Positions 1-9,224 are shown, numbered from the stretch's first letter. The stretch: DNA of 21,348 nt from Chthoniobacteraceae bacterium (GCA_031409655.1 JANNXQ010000298.1:1-21348), one strand, 5' to 3'. The notes: generated by a model not told the origin, from the sequence alone. Numbers and translations are program-made.

Positions 1-1663
1 TGCTTGCGGGGTTGGTCATCCGCAGGTCGTCCACGGATTCCACCAGCGCCACGGAGAAGAAATTCTTCCAAACGCGATTGGTGATCGAGCGCGCGAAATA
101 GGGATTCTTCGGAGACGTCAACCACGTCGAGGCCACGGCGCGGCGATCTTCCGGCGAGGTCAGCGCCACCGGCGTGCCATCGAGCGGCGTGGGCGGCTGC
201 GGCTTGCCGCGCAGCGGCTGCACGAGATCACCCACGGTATCCGCGAAAACCACGCGCTCGTCCGCCACGGTGCCATTCTTCGAGCGCACGCGAGAGAAGA
301 GATTGGCGAACGCATAATACTGATCGTTCGTCCATTTCTCCATCGGGTGGTTGTGGCACTTCGCGCAGTTGATCGACATGCCGAGAAAGGCGACCGAGAC
401 CGTCTCGGCGATGCGGGTGGGTTCATCATGGAGGATGAAAAAATTTCCCGCGCCATTTTCGAGCGTGCTGCCGGTCGCGGTGAGGAGGTCGCGCACCATT
501 TCATCCCACGGCGTGTTCAGCTCCACCTGGCGGCGAATCCATTGGTAGTAACTCCACATCGGGAGCGGCGGTAGTTTGTCGCCATTGACCAGAAAAAGAT
601 CGCTCCACTTGTACGCCCAGTAATCCACGAACTCGGTCCGCTGGAGGAGCGATTCGATAAGCTTGTCGCGCTTGTCCGGAGTGGTTTCCGCGAGAAAGCT
701 GCGCAGTTCCTCCGGCTTCGGCAGCACCCCGATGGTGTCGATGAAGGCCCGCCGGATGAACTCTTCATCCGTGCAGCGCCCGGAGGGTGGAAGATTTAGT
801 TCCTGGAGTTTTTCAATGACCCGCTCGTCGATGAAATTGCGTGGCCGGAACGCCGCGACCGCGTCTGCTTTTACCGGCTGCTCATAGGGTGCGGTGACCG
901 TGGAGATCGCGAGCCGGCTCAGATACCACGCGGTGATGGTGCCCTCGCCGTGACCGGCGACTTTGACCACGCCGAAATCATCGACCGTCGCGACCGCCGT
1001 GTTTCCAGCCGTGTATTTCGCCCAGCGGGTTACGTCCTGTTGGGTGCCGTCGTTGAAGAAGGCGGTGACGGTGATCGGCTTGGTGGCGCCGGGGCGGAGC
1101 ACCGCATGAGGCGGGGCGATCTCGATCCGCTCGATCCGGGCCTCATCCTTCCGTGGCTCCGGGCAGGCGTGTGCGATCCAATCCGCCAGTGCGGCGTATT
1201 CCGGCGAGTCGGTCTTGAAGCGCTCACCACCTTTATGTGGCACCGTCTTCGTGGCCTTCAGGAGAAAGAGACTGCGCGCCGGTTCGTCGAGATTCACGCG
1301 CCGGCCTTGGGCGGACTTTACGATCGCGAGATAGTCGCCATCGTCATCGTAACCACGCAGCGAAAGCCTGAGCCCTCCTTGACCCGCAGCCGAGCCATGG
1401 CACGCACCGCTCGAACAGCCAAAGCGGGCGAGGATCGGCTGGACTTCATTGCGGAAGGAGGGGGCATCGGTGGCTGCCGGTAAAGTCACGGACGAGAGCG
1501 CGAACAAGCCCGCGGCCAGCGCGTGCCCCAGCGATTGGCGTTTAAAGTTTGGCGTTTGAAGTTTGGCGTTCTTTGCAGTGGCCAAGGGCTCGCCGTTTGG
1601 TGGAGGGAAGAAAACGCCAAACATCAAACGCCAAACGCTAAACGCCAAAGGAATGCTGCTCAT
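1..1663 (-). CDS. DUF1549/DUF1553 (PSCyt2/PSD1) domain protein with Ig-like insert, 3' end outside window
   Basis: Not in the ORF track because it runs off the edge. Manual translation from the ATG at 1663 (overlapping the upstream TGA): MSSIPLAF...PSFRNEVQPILARFGCSSGACHG...LRLSLRGYD; later INCAKCHNHPMEKW and ...ALVESVDDLRMTNPAS at the window edge in the same frame. Sits directly downstream of DUF1501, the usual PVC pairing. Confidence 0.9.
   Translation of the reverse strand, partial: MSSIPLAFSVWRLMFGVFFPPPNGEPLATAKNAKLQTPNFKRQSLGHALAAGLFALSSVTLPAATDAPSFRNEVQPILARFGCSSGACHGSAAGQGGLRLSLRGYDDDGDYLAIVKSAQGRRVNLDEPARSLFLLKATKTVPHKGGERFKTDSPEYAALADWIAHACPEPRKDEARIERIEIAPPHAVLRPGATKPITVTAFFNDGTQQDVTRWAKYTAGNTAVATVDDFGVVKVAGHGEGTITAWYLSRLAISTVTAPYEQPVKADAVAAFRPRNFIDERVIEKLQELNLPPSGRCTDEEFIRRAFIDTIGVLPKPEELRSFLAETTPDKRDKLIESLLQRTEFVDYWAYKWSDLFLVNGDKLPPLPMWSYYQWIRRQVELNTPWDEMVRDLLTATGSTLENGAGNFFILHDEPTRIAETVSVAFLGMSINCAKCHNHPMEKWTNDQYYAFANLFSRVRSKNGTVADERVVFADTVGDLVQPLRGKPQPPTPLDGTPVALTSPEDRRAVASTWLTSPKNPYFARSITNRVWKNFFSVALVESVDDLRMTNPAS
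1534..1650. repeat. Inverted array of heptamer tandem repeats (TTTGGCG-like x5 / AAACGCC-like x5)
   Basis: ATTGGCG TTTAAAG TTTGGCG TTTGAAG TTTGGCG (1534-1568) and AAACGCC AAACATC AAACGCC AAACGCT AAACGCC (1612-1646); the two arms are approximate reverse complements. Confidence 0.9.
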
Positions 1664-3039
1664 CAGAACAACTCCTTGATGTACTCAAATCCGCGATCAA
1701 TGAGCGGAAAGGGTCGTCCCTGCGGGCCTGGTAACTCCGTCTCAAGATCAATGCCCAGCGAGTGATAGATCGTCGCCACGACATTGGCAGGCGTCGCCGG
1801 ATGCTCCGCGGGATAGGCGCCGATATCATCACTGCGACCCACGACGCGTCCGCCTTTCACTCCGCCGCCGGCAAATCCCACCGTCCACACGCCTGGCCAG
1901 TGGTCGCGCCCGCCCGCAGGATTCACCTTCGGGGTGCGTCCGAATTCCGCCAGGTTGCAGACGAGGGTATTCTCCAGCATCCCGCGCTGATGGAGGTCTT
2001 CCAGCAAGGCGCTGTAACCTTGATCGTACATCGGCGCCACGAGGTCGCGCATGCCTTCGATACTCGTGAAAGGCTTCGAGCCATGGATGTCCCAGGTGAT
2101 CTCACCGAAGACCGTGATGAAGGTATTCAGCGTCACAAAGCGCACGCCGCGTTCGACGAGACGCCGGGAGAGCAGGCAGCACTGGCCGAAACGATTCATC
2201 CCGTAACGCTCGCGCACACTCTGCGGTTCCTTGTCCAAGGCAAAGGCATCGCGCGCCGCAGTGCTGGTCATCAGTCGGTAGGCATCGGTGAAGTTTGTAT
2301 CCATCAGCTTCGCCGATTCGCTGGCCTCGAAATTTTTCACCGCATCATCGACGAGGGCGCGCAGTTCGCGACGACGCTGGAGCCGCACTTCACTGATCTC
2401 CGCCGGTGGGAGAAGGTCCGGCACCTTGAAGCCTTTCACCGAAGGATCGCCATTCAGCACAAAGGGATCGTAAGTCTTGCCGAGGAAGCCGGCGTCCTGG
2501 CCGTGCGGCAAGTTCCCACCCGTCGGCCCCATCGGTTCCGGCAGGATCACATGAGCGGGTAACTCGGTGCGGCGGCCTTTTAGAAACTCGAGCGCGCAAC
2601 CGGCGTGGGGCGTATTGATGCCGCCGGTGAAAAGACGACCGGTCTGCATCATCTGATGTCCCGTATCATGCACCGCCGCCGCGGTGTGATAGACGCTGCG
2701 CACCAGCGAAAACTTATCCGCGAGCTTCGCCATGTGTGGGAAAAGCTCCGTGATCTGGATCTCCGGGTTATTCGTTTTGATGACCTTGAAAGGCCCGCGG
2801 ACCTCGCGCGCTGCCTCCGGTTTTGGGTCCCAGGTGTCGATCTGGCTGGGCGCACCGAGATTGAAAATCATGATGCACGCGCGCTCATCCTTGCTCTTAT
2901 CCACCGCGCCGAGGGCCTTGAGATTTTGCAGCATCGGCAGCGAGAGCCCGATGGCCCCGAGCGTCCCTGCCTGGAGGAAATCGCGGCGCGAAACGCCGTC
3001 GCAGGTGGTGATGGAACCTTTGCCGGAGAATTTGAACAT
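1663..3039 (-). CDS. DUF1501 domain protein with Tat-type signal (about 458 aa)
   Basis: SRRDFLQAG twin-arginine motif, GAPSQIDTWDPKP, FGQCCLLSRRLVERGVRFV, WDIHG, EFGRTPKVN..GGRDHW. Start moved from 3228 to the ATG at 3039 because the longer ORF overlaps the divergent AraC gene. Confidence 0.92.
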   Translation of the reverse strand: MFKFSGKGSITTCDGVSRRDFLQAGTLGAIGLSLPMLQNLKALGAVDKSKDERACIMIFNLGAPSQIDTWDPKPEAAREVRGPFKVIKTNNPEIQITELFPHMAKLADKFSLVRSVYHTAAAVHDTGHQMMQTGRLFTGGINTPHAGCALEFLKGRRTELPAHVILPEPMGPTGGNLPHGQDAGFLGKTYDPFVLNGDPSVKGFKVPDLLPPAEISEVRLQRRRELRALVDDAVKNFEASESAKLMDTNFTDAYRLMTSTAARDAFALDKEPQSVRERYGMNRFGQCCLLSRRLVERGVRFVTLNTFITVFGEITWDIHGSKPFTSIEGMRDLVAPMYDQGYSALLEDLHQRGMLENTLVCNLAEFGRTPKVNPAGGRDHWPGVWTVGFAGGGVKGGRVVGRSDDIGAYPAEHPATPANVVATIYHSLGIDLETELPGPQGRPFPLIDRGFEYIKELF

Positions 3040-3166
3040 GGAGTGGGTGGTTTTTGGGGGCTGCTGGCTTCGGGATGACTCCCGGAGAGTGTTGCTCTTA
3101 GAAACGCATGGGCAACCTATCCCAGCGAAGTGCGCGGATAAATGGCGCGAACGGGAAATCGAGTTG

Positions 3167-3178
3167 TAGTATCCGGCT
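3167..3178 (+). promoter_or_regulatory. Putative -10 box of a leaderless araC-family transcript
   Basis: TAGTAT followed by 6 nt and then the ATG at 3179; no Shine-Dalgarno sequence visible. Confidence 0.5.
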
Positions 3179-4039
3179 ATGCCTGCCCGCTTGAAAAACA
3201 CGCGCATTCCAGTCTCGCTCTTCGCCACGCCGAACCCGCTGCACGAGGAAATCTTTTACACCGTGGTGCGCGCGGGTCACCTCATCGGCGGGCCGGACCA
3301 CTTCATCCAGCGGGATCATTACCCAGGCCACGAACTCATCCTCTGCCTGCGCGGGCGCGGCTACACGCAGATCGGCGGGCGGCAGCATGCGGTCGGACCC
3401 GGACAACTCGCATGGGTCGATTGCCACCGCCCGCACGAGCATGGAGCCATCGCGAGCGATCCGTGGGAACTGTACTGGATGCGGATCGAAGGCCCGCGCC
3501 TCAGCCGCGTGGCCGAGGTCCTAGAAGTGGAAAGCGCTCCGGTCTTTGTCGCATTCGACTGCGCCGTTGCGGTGGCGATTTTCCGCGAAGTCTTTGCCCT
3601 GATGGAAGACTCGCGGCCCGAAGCCCCTGCACTCATCCACGCGGTGCTGGCCCGGCTCATCGCCCTCGCCTTCAGCAGTCGCCAGCAGCAACCCGCCGAG
3701 CGCCAGTCCCCGCCAGTGCTGCAGCGCGCCGTCGAACGCATGAAACTTTTCTATTTTGAGAAGCACTCCGTCGCCCAACTCGCCGCACTCGGCGGCATGA
3801 GCACCTCGCATTTCACCCGGCTCTTCCGGGCGGCCTTTGGCACCACCCCGATCGACTGGCTCCGGCGCGAGCGCATCAGCCAGGCGAAGCGGCGGCTCGT
3901 GGAGACCCGCGACGCGATCAAGGAAATCGCTGCGCAAGTCGGCTACGGGGATCACTACTTTTTCAGCAAGGACTTCAAGCGCTTCACCGGCCTGCCACCC
4001 AGCGCCTACCGCCGCCGCGAGCAGGCGTCGAATCCGTAG
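3179..4039 (+). CDS. AraC family transcriptional regulator
   Basis: N-terminal cupin-like domain (HYPGHELILCLRGRG..PHEH); C-terminal double HTH (SVAQLAALGGMSTSHFTRLFRAAFGTTP..IKEIAAQVGYGDHYFFSKDFKRFTGLPPSAYRR). Confidence 0.95.
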   Translation: MPARLKNTRIPVSLFATPNPLHEEIFYTVVRAGHLIGGPDHFIQRDHYPGHELILCLRGRGYTQIGGRQHAVGPGQLAWVDCHRPHEHGAIASDPWELYWMRIEGPRLSRVAEVLEVESAPVFVAFDCAVAVAIFREVFALMEDSRPEAPALIHAVLARLIALAFSSRQQQPAERQSPPVLQRAVERMKLFYFEKHSVAQLAALGGMSTSHFTRLFRAAFGTTPIDWLRRERISQAKRRLVETRDAIKEIAAQVGYGDHYFFSKDFKRFTGLPPSAYRRREQASNP

Positions 4040-4092
4040 GGTGGGTTTGAAGAATCCAAAGCCTGTCCTCCTGAGCGAAGTCGAAGGATCTC
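4036..4092. repeat. REP-like palindromic remnants after the AraC stop
   Basis: GTAGGGTGGGTTTGAAGAATCCA overlaps the TAG stop and is followed by TGTCCTCCTGAGCGAAGTCGAAGGATCTC. The latter resembles one half of the GTCATCCTGAGCGAAG..GAAGGATCT palindromic repeat family, recognised from memory. Confidence 0.5.
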
Positions 4093-4194
4093 TCGCATCC
4101 GCGGGCGAAGGCCGTGCGGCGCTCGGACGACAGACCGCGTGCGTTTTCATGCCCGAGGTGCTGGCGCCCCTTCAATTTGGGCACCGCCGCGCGG

Positions 4195-5765
4195 CTACTT
4201 CGCCACGATGCGGTAGAAGACCTTCCCGACGGGAGGCACGACCTGATCGGAAATCGTGTTGAGCGGAGGGGTGGCACTAATGTTGTCCGCGACAGCCTGC
4301 CACGTTACGAGATCGAACGACCGCTCGACGGCATACAGTCGCCCGGCCACCGAGGCCCACGAGATCGTGCTGATAAATTCTCCGCCAGCGGCGTTCTGCA
4401 CCACGTTGAACTGCCCGGAATTCGGAAAGGAGTTCGCGTCGCGCGGATTCGTCCCGGCAAGGAATTCCTGCCGATTGGTAAAGCCGTCGCCGTCCGTGTC
4501 GACGTCCGCATCCGCAGCGTTACTGTCGCTGAAGCCGTTCGCCAGTTCCCACACCCGCGCGAGACCGTCGCCGTCGTCGTCGATGAAAAGATTCAGCGCG
4601 AAGAAGAGCTCGTTATTCGTTCGGTCGATGTCCTCGGCGAGATCGTCCTCGTCCACCGTCAGGCGATAAGCCACATCGCCCTCGGGCTGCGCTCCGGCAG
4701 GCAGGTCGAGCGGGATTTCCACGGAATCGCCCGGATTCAGCAGGCTCACTTCCACCGAGGCCAGCGGGTTCGCGCCGGGCGCGAGCTTCGGCCAGAGACG
4801 CAGGCTCGTCGCCGGGGAAGCAGGCGCGCCGATATTCTTCACCCGCGCCACCACTCGCACCGAGCCATCGCGCAACACCGACCCGGAGACGTATTCGAGC
4901 TACAGGTCCACGCCGTTCAGCGCGAGCGAGCTGGTATTGTTCGTTTCGCTGAACTCCGTGACCTGCCCGGCGGGACCGACGACGACATAGGCCGTATGCG
5001 CTGTGGCGGGCGAGGGCACCGTCCACACGATCGACACCTCCTGCTCGTCCGACGCCCGCAGCCAGCCGGGGAGCGTCACGGTCTGGAGCAGCGTGCCGCC
5101 CGCGCCCGGCGCGCCGTCGTAGAAGGCCACCTGCACATTCTCCACCGCCACATTGCCGGTGTTGCGCACGCGGGCTTTCAGCGTCACCGCGTCGCCGGGG
5201 AGAAAGGTCGCACCCTCCGCGGTCAGCCCGTCGCCGCCGAAGCCGAGATCCTTCACCAGCGCGCGCCGCGCGGCGAAAAGATCCACCTGCCCCGGCTGCG
5301 GCACGCCGGGAATATCCACCCCCGCCGAGCGCCACCGTTCCCCAGCGCCAAAGGCGCGAAAGTCGATAGCCCAGGCCGAAGCGAAGCGGAGGCCTGGGTT
5401 CCGATGGAAAAGATGCGCGAGTCCTGAAAGGGCGTCACCCGTCGTTCTCAAACCGGCGCGAACGACCTTTCGAGCGCCGCGTCATTCGAGGGTAGCGTGT
5501 CGAGGCCCCACGTATTCGACGCCGGATCAAAGACCCGGTAGTGCGCATCCGAACCCGCCGCGCTCATCTCCTGCCAGAGCGCGAGCACCTTGCCGCCGGG
5601 GCCGAGCGTGAGCGCGAAATCCGCAAAGCCCAGCGTCGTCGAATCGGCCCACACCGCCGCGGGCGCGCCGAGGAAATTGCGATCCATCACCAGATCGCCG
5701 CCGCGCTGCCACACCGCATACACGCCGCCCGCCGCGTCCAGCACCACCTTCGCGTTCTTGTCCGG
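4195..5765 (-). pseudogene. Fragmented C-terminal part of a large secreted protein (CARDB-like Ig domains, DxDGDG repeats, C-terminal Y..E.S.DL..W/FYR domain)
   Basis: Three pieces: about 5765-5451, about 5319-4903 (VTLKARVRNTGN..VTEFSETNN, CARDB-like) and 4899-4195. The last two are in frame, separated only by TAG at 4900-4902 (GVDL*LEYVSGSVLRDG). The first two are separated by a palindromic element. No signal peptide or true N-terminus remains. Confidence 0.85.
5341..5441. repeat. 100-bp palindromic element, copy 1
   Basis: CCCAGCGCCAAAGGCGCGAAAGTCGATAGCCCAGGCC..GGCCTGGG..GTCCTGAAAGGGCG..CACCCG; contains three small hairpins and is closely similar to 5784-5883. Confidence 0.9.
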
Positions 5766-5783
5766 CAAGATGCGCGAGCCATT

Positions 5784-5883
5784 CCCAGCGCCAAAGGCGC
5801 GAAAGTCGATAGCCCAGGCCGCAGCGCAGCGGAGGCCTGGGTTTCGTCGTGGAAATGCGCGAGCCCTGAAAGGGCGGCACCCG
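5784..5883. repeat. 100-bp palindromic element, copy 2
   Basis: Same orientation as 5341-5441; the first 37 nt are identical; contains the GCCCTGAAAGGGC hairpin. Confidence 0.9.
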
Positions 5884-5930
5884 CTCCGGGCGATGGATGC
5901 CCCAAGCCCTTTACCACGCATCGACCGCCC

Positions 5931-7702
5931 TCAATTCCGGCGCGAACGGAAGAAACGCCTCGGCTGCGCTTCGATGGAATAGAACCGGGTGATTACGCCG
6001 CCCGTGCCGATGATGTTCGCCTCGATCGTGGTCCAGTTCACAAGATCGGTGGAGGCTTCGATTCGGTAGCTAATCCCATTCGCGGCGTTGAAGCGATATT
6101 CGACTGCCGGGAGGGCGGTCGAAAGCGTATCGGGCGTGCTCGTAGTGGATGTCGGGCTAAATCCGGTGGAAACCTCAAAGCCGTCGTCGAAACCGTCGCC
6201 GTCGGTGTCCGGCATGTTCGGATTCGTCTGGTAGGCATCCAGTTCATCGCCGTCCCGAAGATTGTCTCCATCGGAGTCGGGATTGGTTGGGCTCGTGCCC
6301 GTGTCCGTGGGAGAAACGTAGATGCCGGTTCCGGTTTCGAATATGTCAAGAATACCGTCTCCGTCAGTGTCGGGCTCGCCTTCATAACGCGCCAACGCGA
6401 AGCGTGCGTTGGGATATGTTCCACACGACCCCGCGACCACGATCTTTCCGTTGCGCTGTAACACGGTGCTGTACCCGAATGCTAGACCGCCGCCAAAGTC
6501 GGTGATCACCTTTCCGTTGCCCCCAAAGCTCGTGTCCAGACTCCCGTTGGTGTTGTAGCGCACGAGCGCAAAGTAACCGCTTTGGCTGTTTTCGGAGTTC
6601 CCTGCCACTACGATTTTTCCATCACTCTGGATGACGATGCTATGGCCGCTGTCGGAGTCGCTCCCGATGGCGGTCGTCACTTTTCCAGTGCCGTCGAAGG
6701 TCGTATCCAAGCTCCCATCGGCATTGTAACGCACCACCACGAAGTCGTAATTATTTCCGGTGACGGCCCCGCCTCCGACGACGATCTTCCCATCGCTCAT
6801 TACCTTTACACTGTAGGCGCGGGGGGAGCTGCCGATCGCTATGGTCACCTTGCCGGTGCCATTGAAGGTAGTGTCGAGACTCCCATCGGAATTGTAGCGA
6901 ACCACCGCGATGCTTGAGTTAACGCCGTTGTGAGTCCACCCCGCTACCACAATCTTCAGATCGTTCTGGAGTGCCACGCTTTCCGCATAATCTTCGATGC
7001 CAATTGCGGTGGTAACTTTTCCCTCGCCGTTGAAACTTCCGTCCAAGCTTCCATCGGCATTGTAACGAACCAGTGCGAAGACTGCGCGGCTGCCGATCGA
7101 GGAATACCCCACCAAAACGATCTTGTGATCGCTCTGCACGGCCATGCTTTTTCCGAAGCTACCGTTCGCGCCGCTGAAGGCGGTGGTCGTCGTGCCAGTG
7201 CCGTTGAAAGTCGTATCGAGGCTCCCATTGGCGTTGTAGCGCGCCACGGCGAAGACAGGCGTCGAGGTATCAGAATATCCCCCAACACGATTTTCCCATC
7301 AGCTTGCACGGCCACGCTTTCGCCAAAATCGTTGCGGGGGCTACCTCCTACAAAAAAGCCGACGCCGGTGGTCACCATGCCCGAGCCATTAAAAGTCGTG
7401 TCGAGACTGCCGTCGGTATTGTAACGCACAAGGGCGAAGTCAAGGCTGTTGACACCGAAACCTGCAGATCCCGCCACCACAATTTTCCCATTGCCTTGCA
7501 GAGCTACAGCGCGACCGCCATAGCCCCCGAAGTCGGTGGTCACCTTCCCGGTGCCGCCAAAGGTGAGGTCGAGATCCCCCGGCGCCGCGATTGCCGGATG
7601 GCCGAACGCCGCAAATGCAGCGCAGGCTAAGGTGGCAAAGGAGCGGATGCTCACTAAAGCCGCAACGGGAGGAAATAGAGTAGATCGTATGATTGTGTTC
7701 AT
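5931..7702 (-). pseudogene. Delta-60 repeat (DUF5122-like beta-propeller) secreted protein with a -1 frameshift (pseudogene or sequencing error)
   Basis: Signal peptide from the ATG at 7702 (..FAAFGHPAIA^APGDLD); seven DGSLDxxFxGxGKVTT..QxDGKIVVAG..RYN repeats split over two frames; DxDGD repeats and a C-terminal YRIEASTDLVNW..FFR domain. Adding one base to the C5 run at 7279-7283 restores KIVLGGYSDTSTPVFAVARYN and a 590-aa ORF. Confidence 0.88.
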
Positions 7703-7782
7703 GGGAGATTCTTTCGATTCACTGCTCGCCCTTATACGCGCGAAGCAGGTGGTGAGGTCGGCGCGGAACGGCCGCGGCACCC

Positions 7783-8637
7783 TTACTGTTCATCGTTCGA
7801 CCCCAGCGGCCCAAATCTGACCTCGAAGTTGTGGTCGTGAGGCGCAGCCCTCTCTACGACAGCGGCCAATTTATTCTTTTGAACAGCATCAAGTACCTTC
7901 GCTGTCGTTTCGTCCGAACAGCGCATTCCCAAACTGATCGATTTGATCAGTTTCGGGCCAAATCGCATCAAGTGAAGCCGCTTTCCGTCTGGGCGCTCGG
8001 TAGGCGGATCGAGCTTTGAAAGTTCAACAAGCAGGCGAGTTTCTTCTTCGTAGTGCCAATCCGCGTGCTTGGTGCTGATCATCTGGCGCGAAAAAGCCTC
8101 AGTGTATTCTTCTCCGATCGGTTGAGTCGGATCGAACAAGACTCGTTCAGGGGAGTAATCGACCTCGAGAAGCTGTGTAGATACCTCTACCGGCAGCTCG
8201 AATCCGATCACTATTCCCGTGTGTTTGGCTGCGTAATGCGACCACATAAGAATACTGGTGCGCGCACGCGAAAAGCAGACCACGCCATAGTCCGCGCTGA
8301 ACTCTCGACAAATCTCACGAACTCTCTTTCGACAATTTTCAGGATAGGTGATTGAAGAGAGTTGGTGCATCAGTTCGGGATGCCTGCGAATCCGCTCTTG
8401 GATTTTCGCAAGACCGTCAGGCGGTGCCCCGCCCACCGCCGAAGCCTCAGCAATACGGGCCGGATTGAGAATCAAGCTTTCGAGCATCGCTTGTCTCAAT
8501 CCGTAATCCATTCTTGGCGTGAACTCGAACGGATCATTGAATTCAATAGGTGGAGTCACCTTTATCTTCAAATCAGTTAGGACACAGAGTCCGCCTTCCG
8601 ACCCGCAATATTGGTAAAGCAATGGGGTCGCGCTCAC
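7783..8637 (-). CDS. DUF2971 domain protein
   Basis: FNDPFE, CFS....ILMWSHYA..HTGIVIGF, TKHADWHYEEETR and ISLGMRC motifs; visibly less GC-rich than the flanking host genes. Confidence 0.88.
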   Translation of the reverse strand: MSATPLLYQYCGSEGGLCVLTDLKIKVTPPIEFNDPFEFTPRMDYGLRQAMLESLILNPARIAEASAVGGAPPDGLAKIQERIRRHPELMHQLSSITYPENCRKRVREICREFSADYGVVCFSRARTSILMWSHYAAKHTGIVIGFELPVEVSTQLLEVDYSPERVLFDPTQPIGEEYTEAFSRQMISTKHADWHYEEETRLLVELSKLDPPTERPDGKRLHLMRFGPKLIKSISLGMRCSDETTAKVLDAVQKNKLAAVVERAAPHDHNFEVRFGPLGSNDEQ

Positions 8638-8644
8638 ACAGTCT

Positions 8645-9037
8645 TCATATGTGGGCCGGCGACGACAGGTCTGTGGCCGTGAGCTTGAACTTCACCTGGG
8701 CGGAGAACTGCCCGTCCCAATCCGCGCCCGCATTCCAGACGAGGTGCTTGTTCGCGCCCGGCAGGAGGCCGGGGCCGAGGTCACCGGAGAGCGAGACGGC
8801 CGGGACCGCGTAGGTGGCCCCGCCATCCGCCGAGACCTGCACCGCGACGGCCACCGGCGGCACCCCCGCCGCGAGATCGTAATAGACATCGACGAGTTCC
8901 GTCCCCGCCCGCTGCGCCGCCCGCACATTCGAAACCACCGGCGGAGCCGCCCCCGCCCGCGGCACCCAGAACCCCGCGCCCATCCCCGCCAGGAAAACGC
9001 AGGCAGCCAATCGCGACACTGGGAGGCAAGCGCGCAC
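8645..9037 (-). pseudogene. Truncated N-terminus of a secreted protein (signal peptide plus one Ig-like domain)
   Basis: Signal peptide followed by APPVVSNVRAAQRAGTELVDVYYDL..VSADGGATY..KHLVWNAGADW. From recollection, this domain usually precedes an FGE-sulfatase/SUMF1 domain in verrucomicrobial proteins. Here it stops right after the domain, 7 nt before the DUF2971 start. Confidence 0.6.
8701..8840. repeat. 140-bp direct repeat, copy 1
   Basis: Ungapped manual alignment to 11187-11326 gives 8 mismatches in 140 nt. Confidence 0.95.
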
Positions 9038-9043
9038 GCGCGG

Positions 9044-9072
9044 AGGCTGGCCAGCACGACGGCGATGGTCAA
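9044..9072 (-). promoter_or_regulatory. Putative sigma70-type promoter, leaderless
   Basis: TTGACC-N17-CAGCCT-N6-GTG(9037) on the minus strand. Confidence 0.55.
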
Positions 9073-9093
9073 GCGCCTTCTGGTGGCTGGAAG

Positions 9094-9154
9094 GTTACAC
9101 AACCCATCCCGGCTGTGGGTGCGGTGAGGCACAAGCCGGGACGGGCTGTGTCAC
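9094..9154. repeat. REP-like inverted doublet
   Basis: GTTACACAACCCATCCCGGCTGTG (9094-9117) versus the reverse complement of 9130-9154, GTGACACAGCCCGTCCCGGCTTGTG; same GTxxCACA..CTGTG architecture as 10796-10818. Confidence 0.75.
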
Positions 9155-9224
9155 TCTCCGGCCCGCGTGGTTGCGGCAGCCTGGAGTCAGCCGCTCCGCA
9201 AGTCTCTCTCGACACCGGGCCGTG

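Noticed and set aside
1534..1650. Short repeats as a CRISPR array
   Set aside because: These are tandem 7-mers without unique spacers, and there are no cas genes in the window.
3040..3228. N-terminal extension of the DUF1501 ORF
   Set aside because: It overlaps the divergent AraC gene and promoter; the Tat motif position favours the ATG at 3039.
4900..4902. Pyrrolysine or genetic-code reassignment of TAG
   Set aside because: TAG terminates several intact genes here (AraC, TPR, exonuclease, HTTM-like), no pyl genes are present, and the gene is already fragmented.
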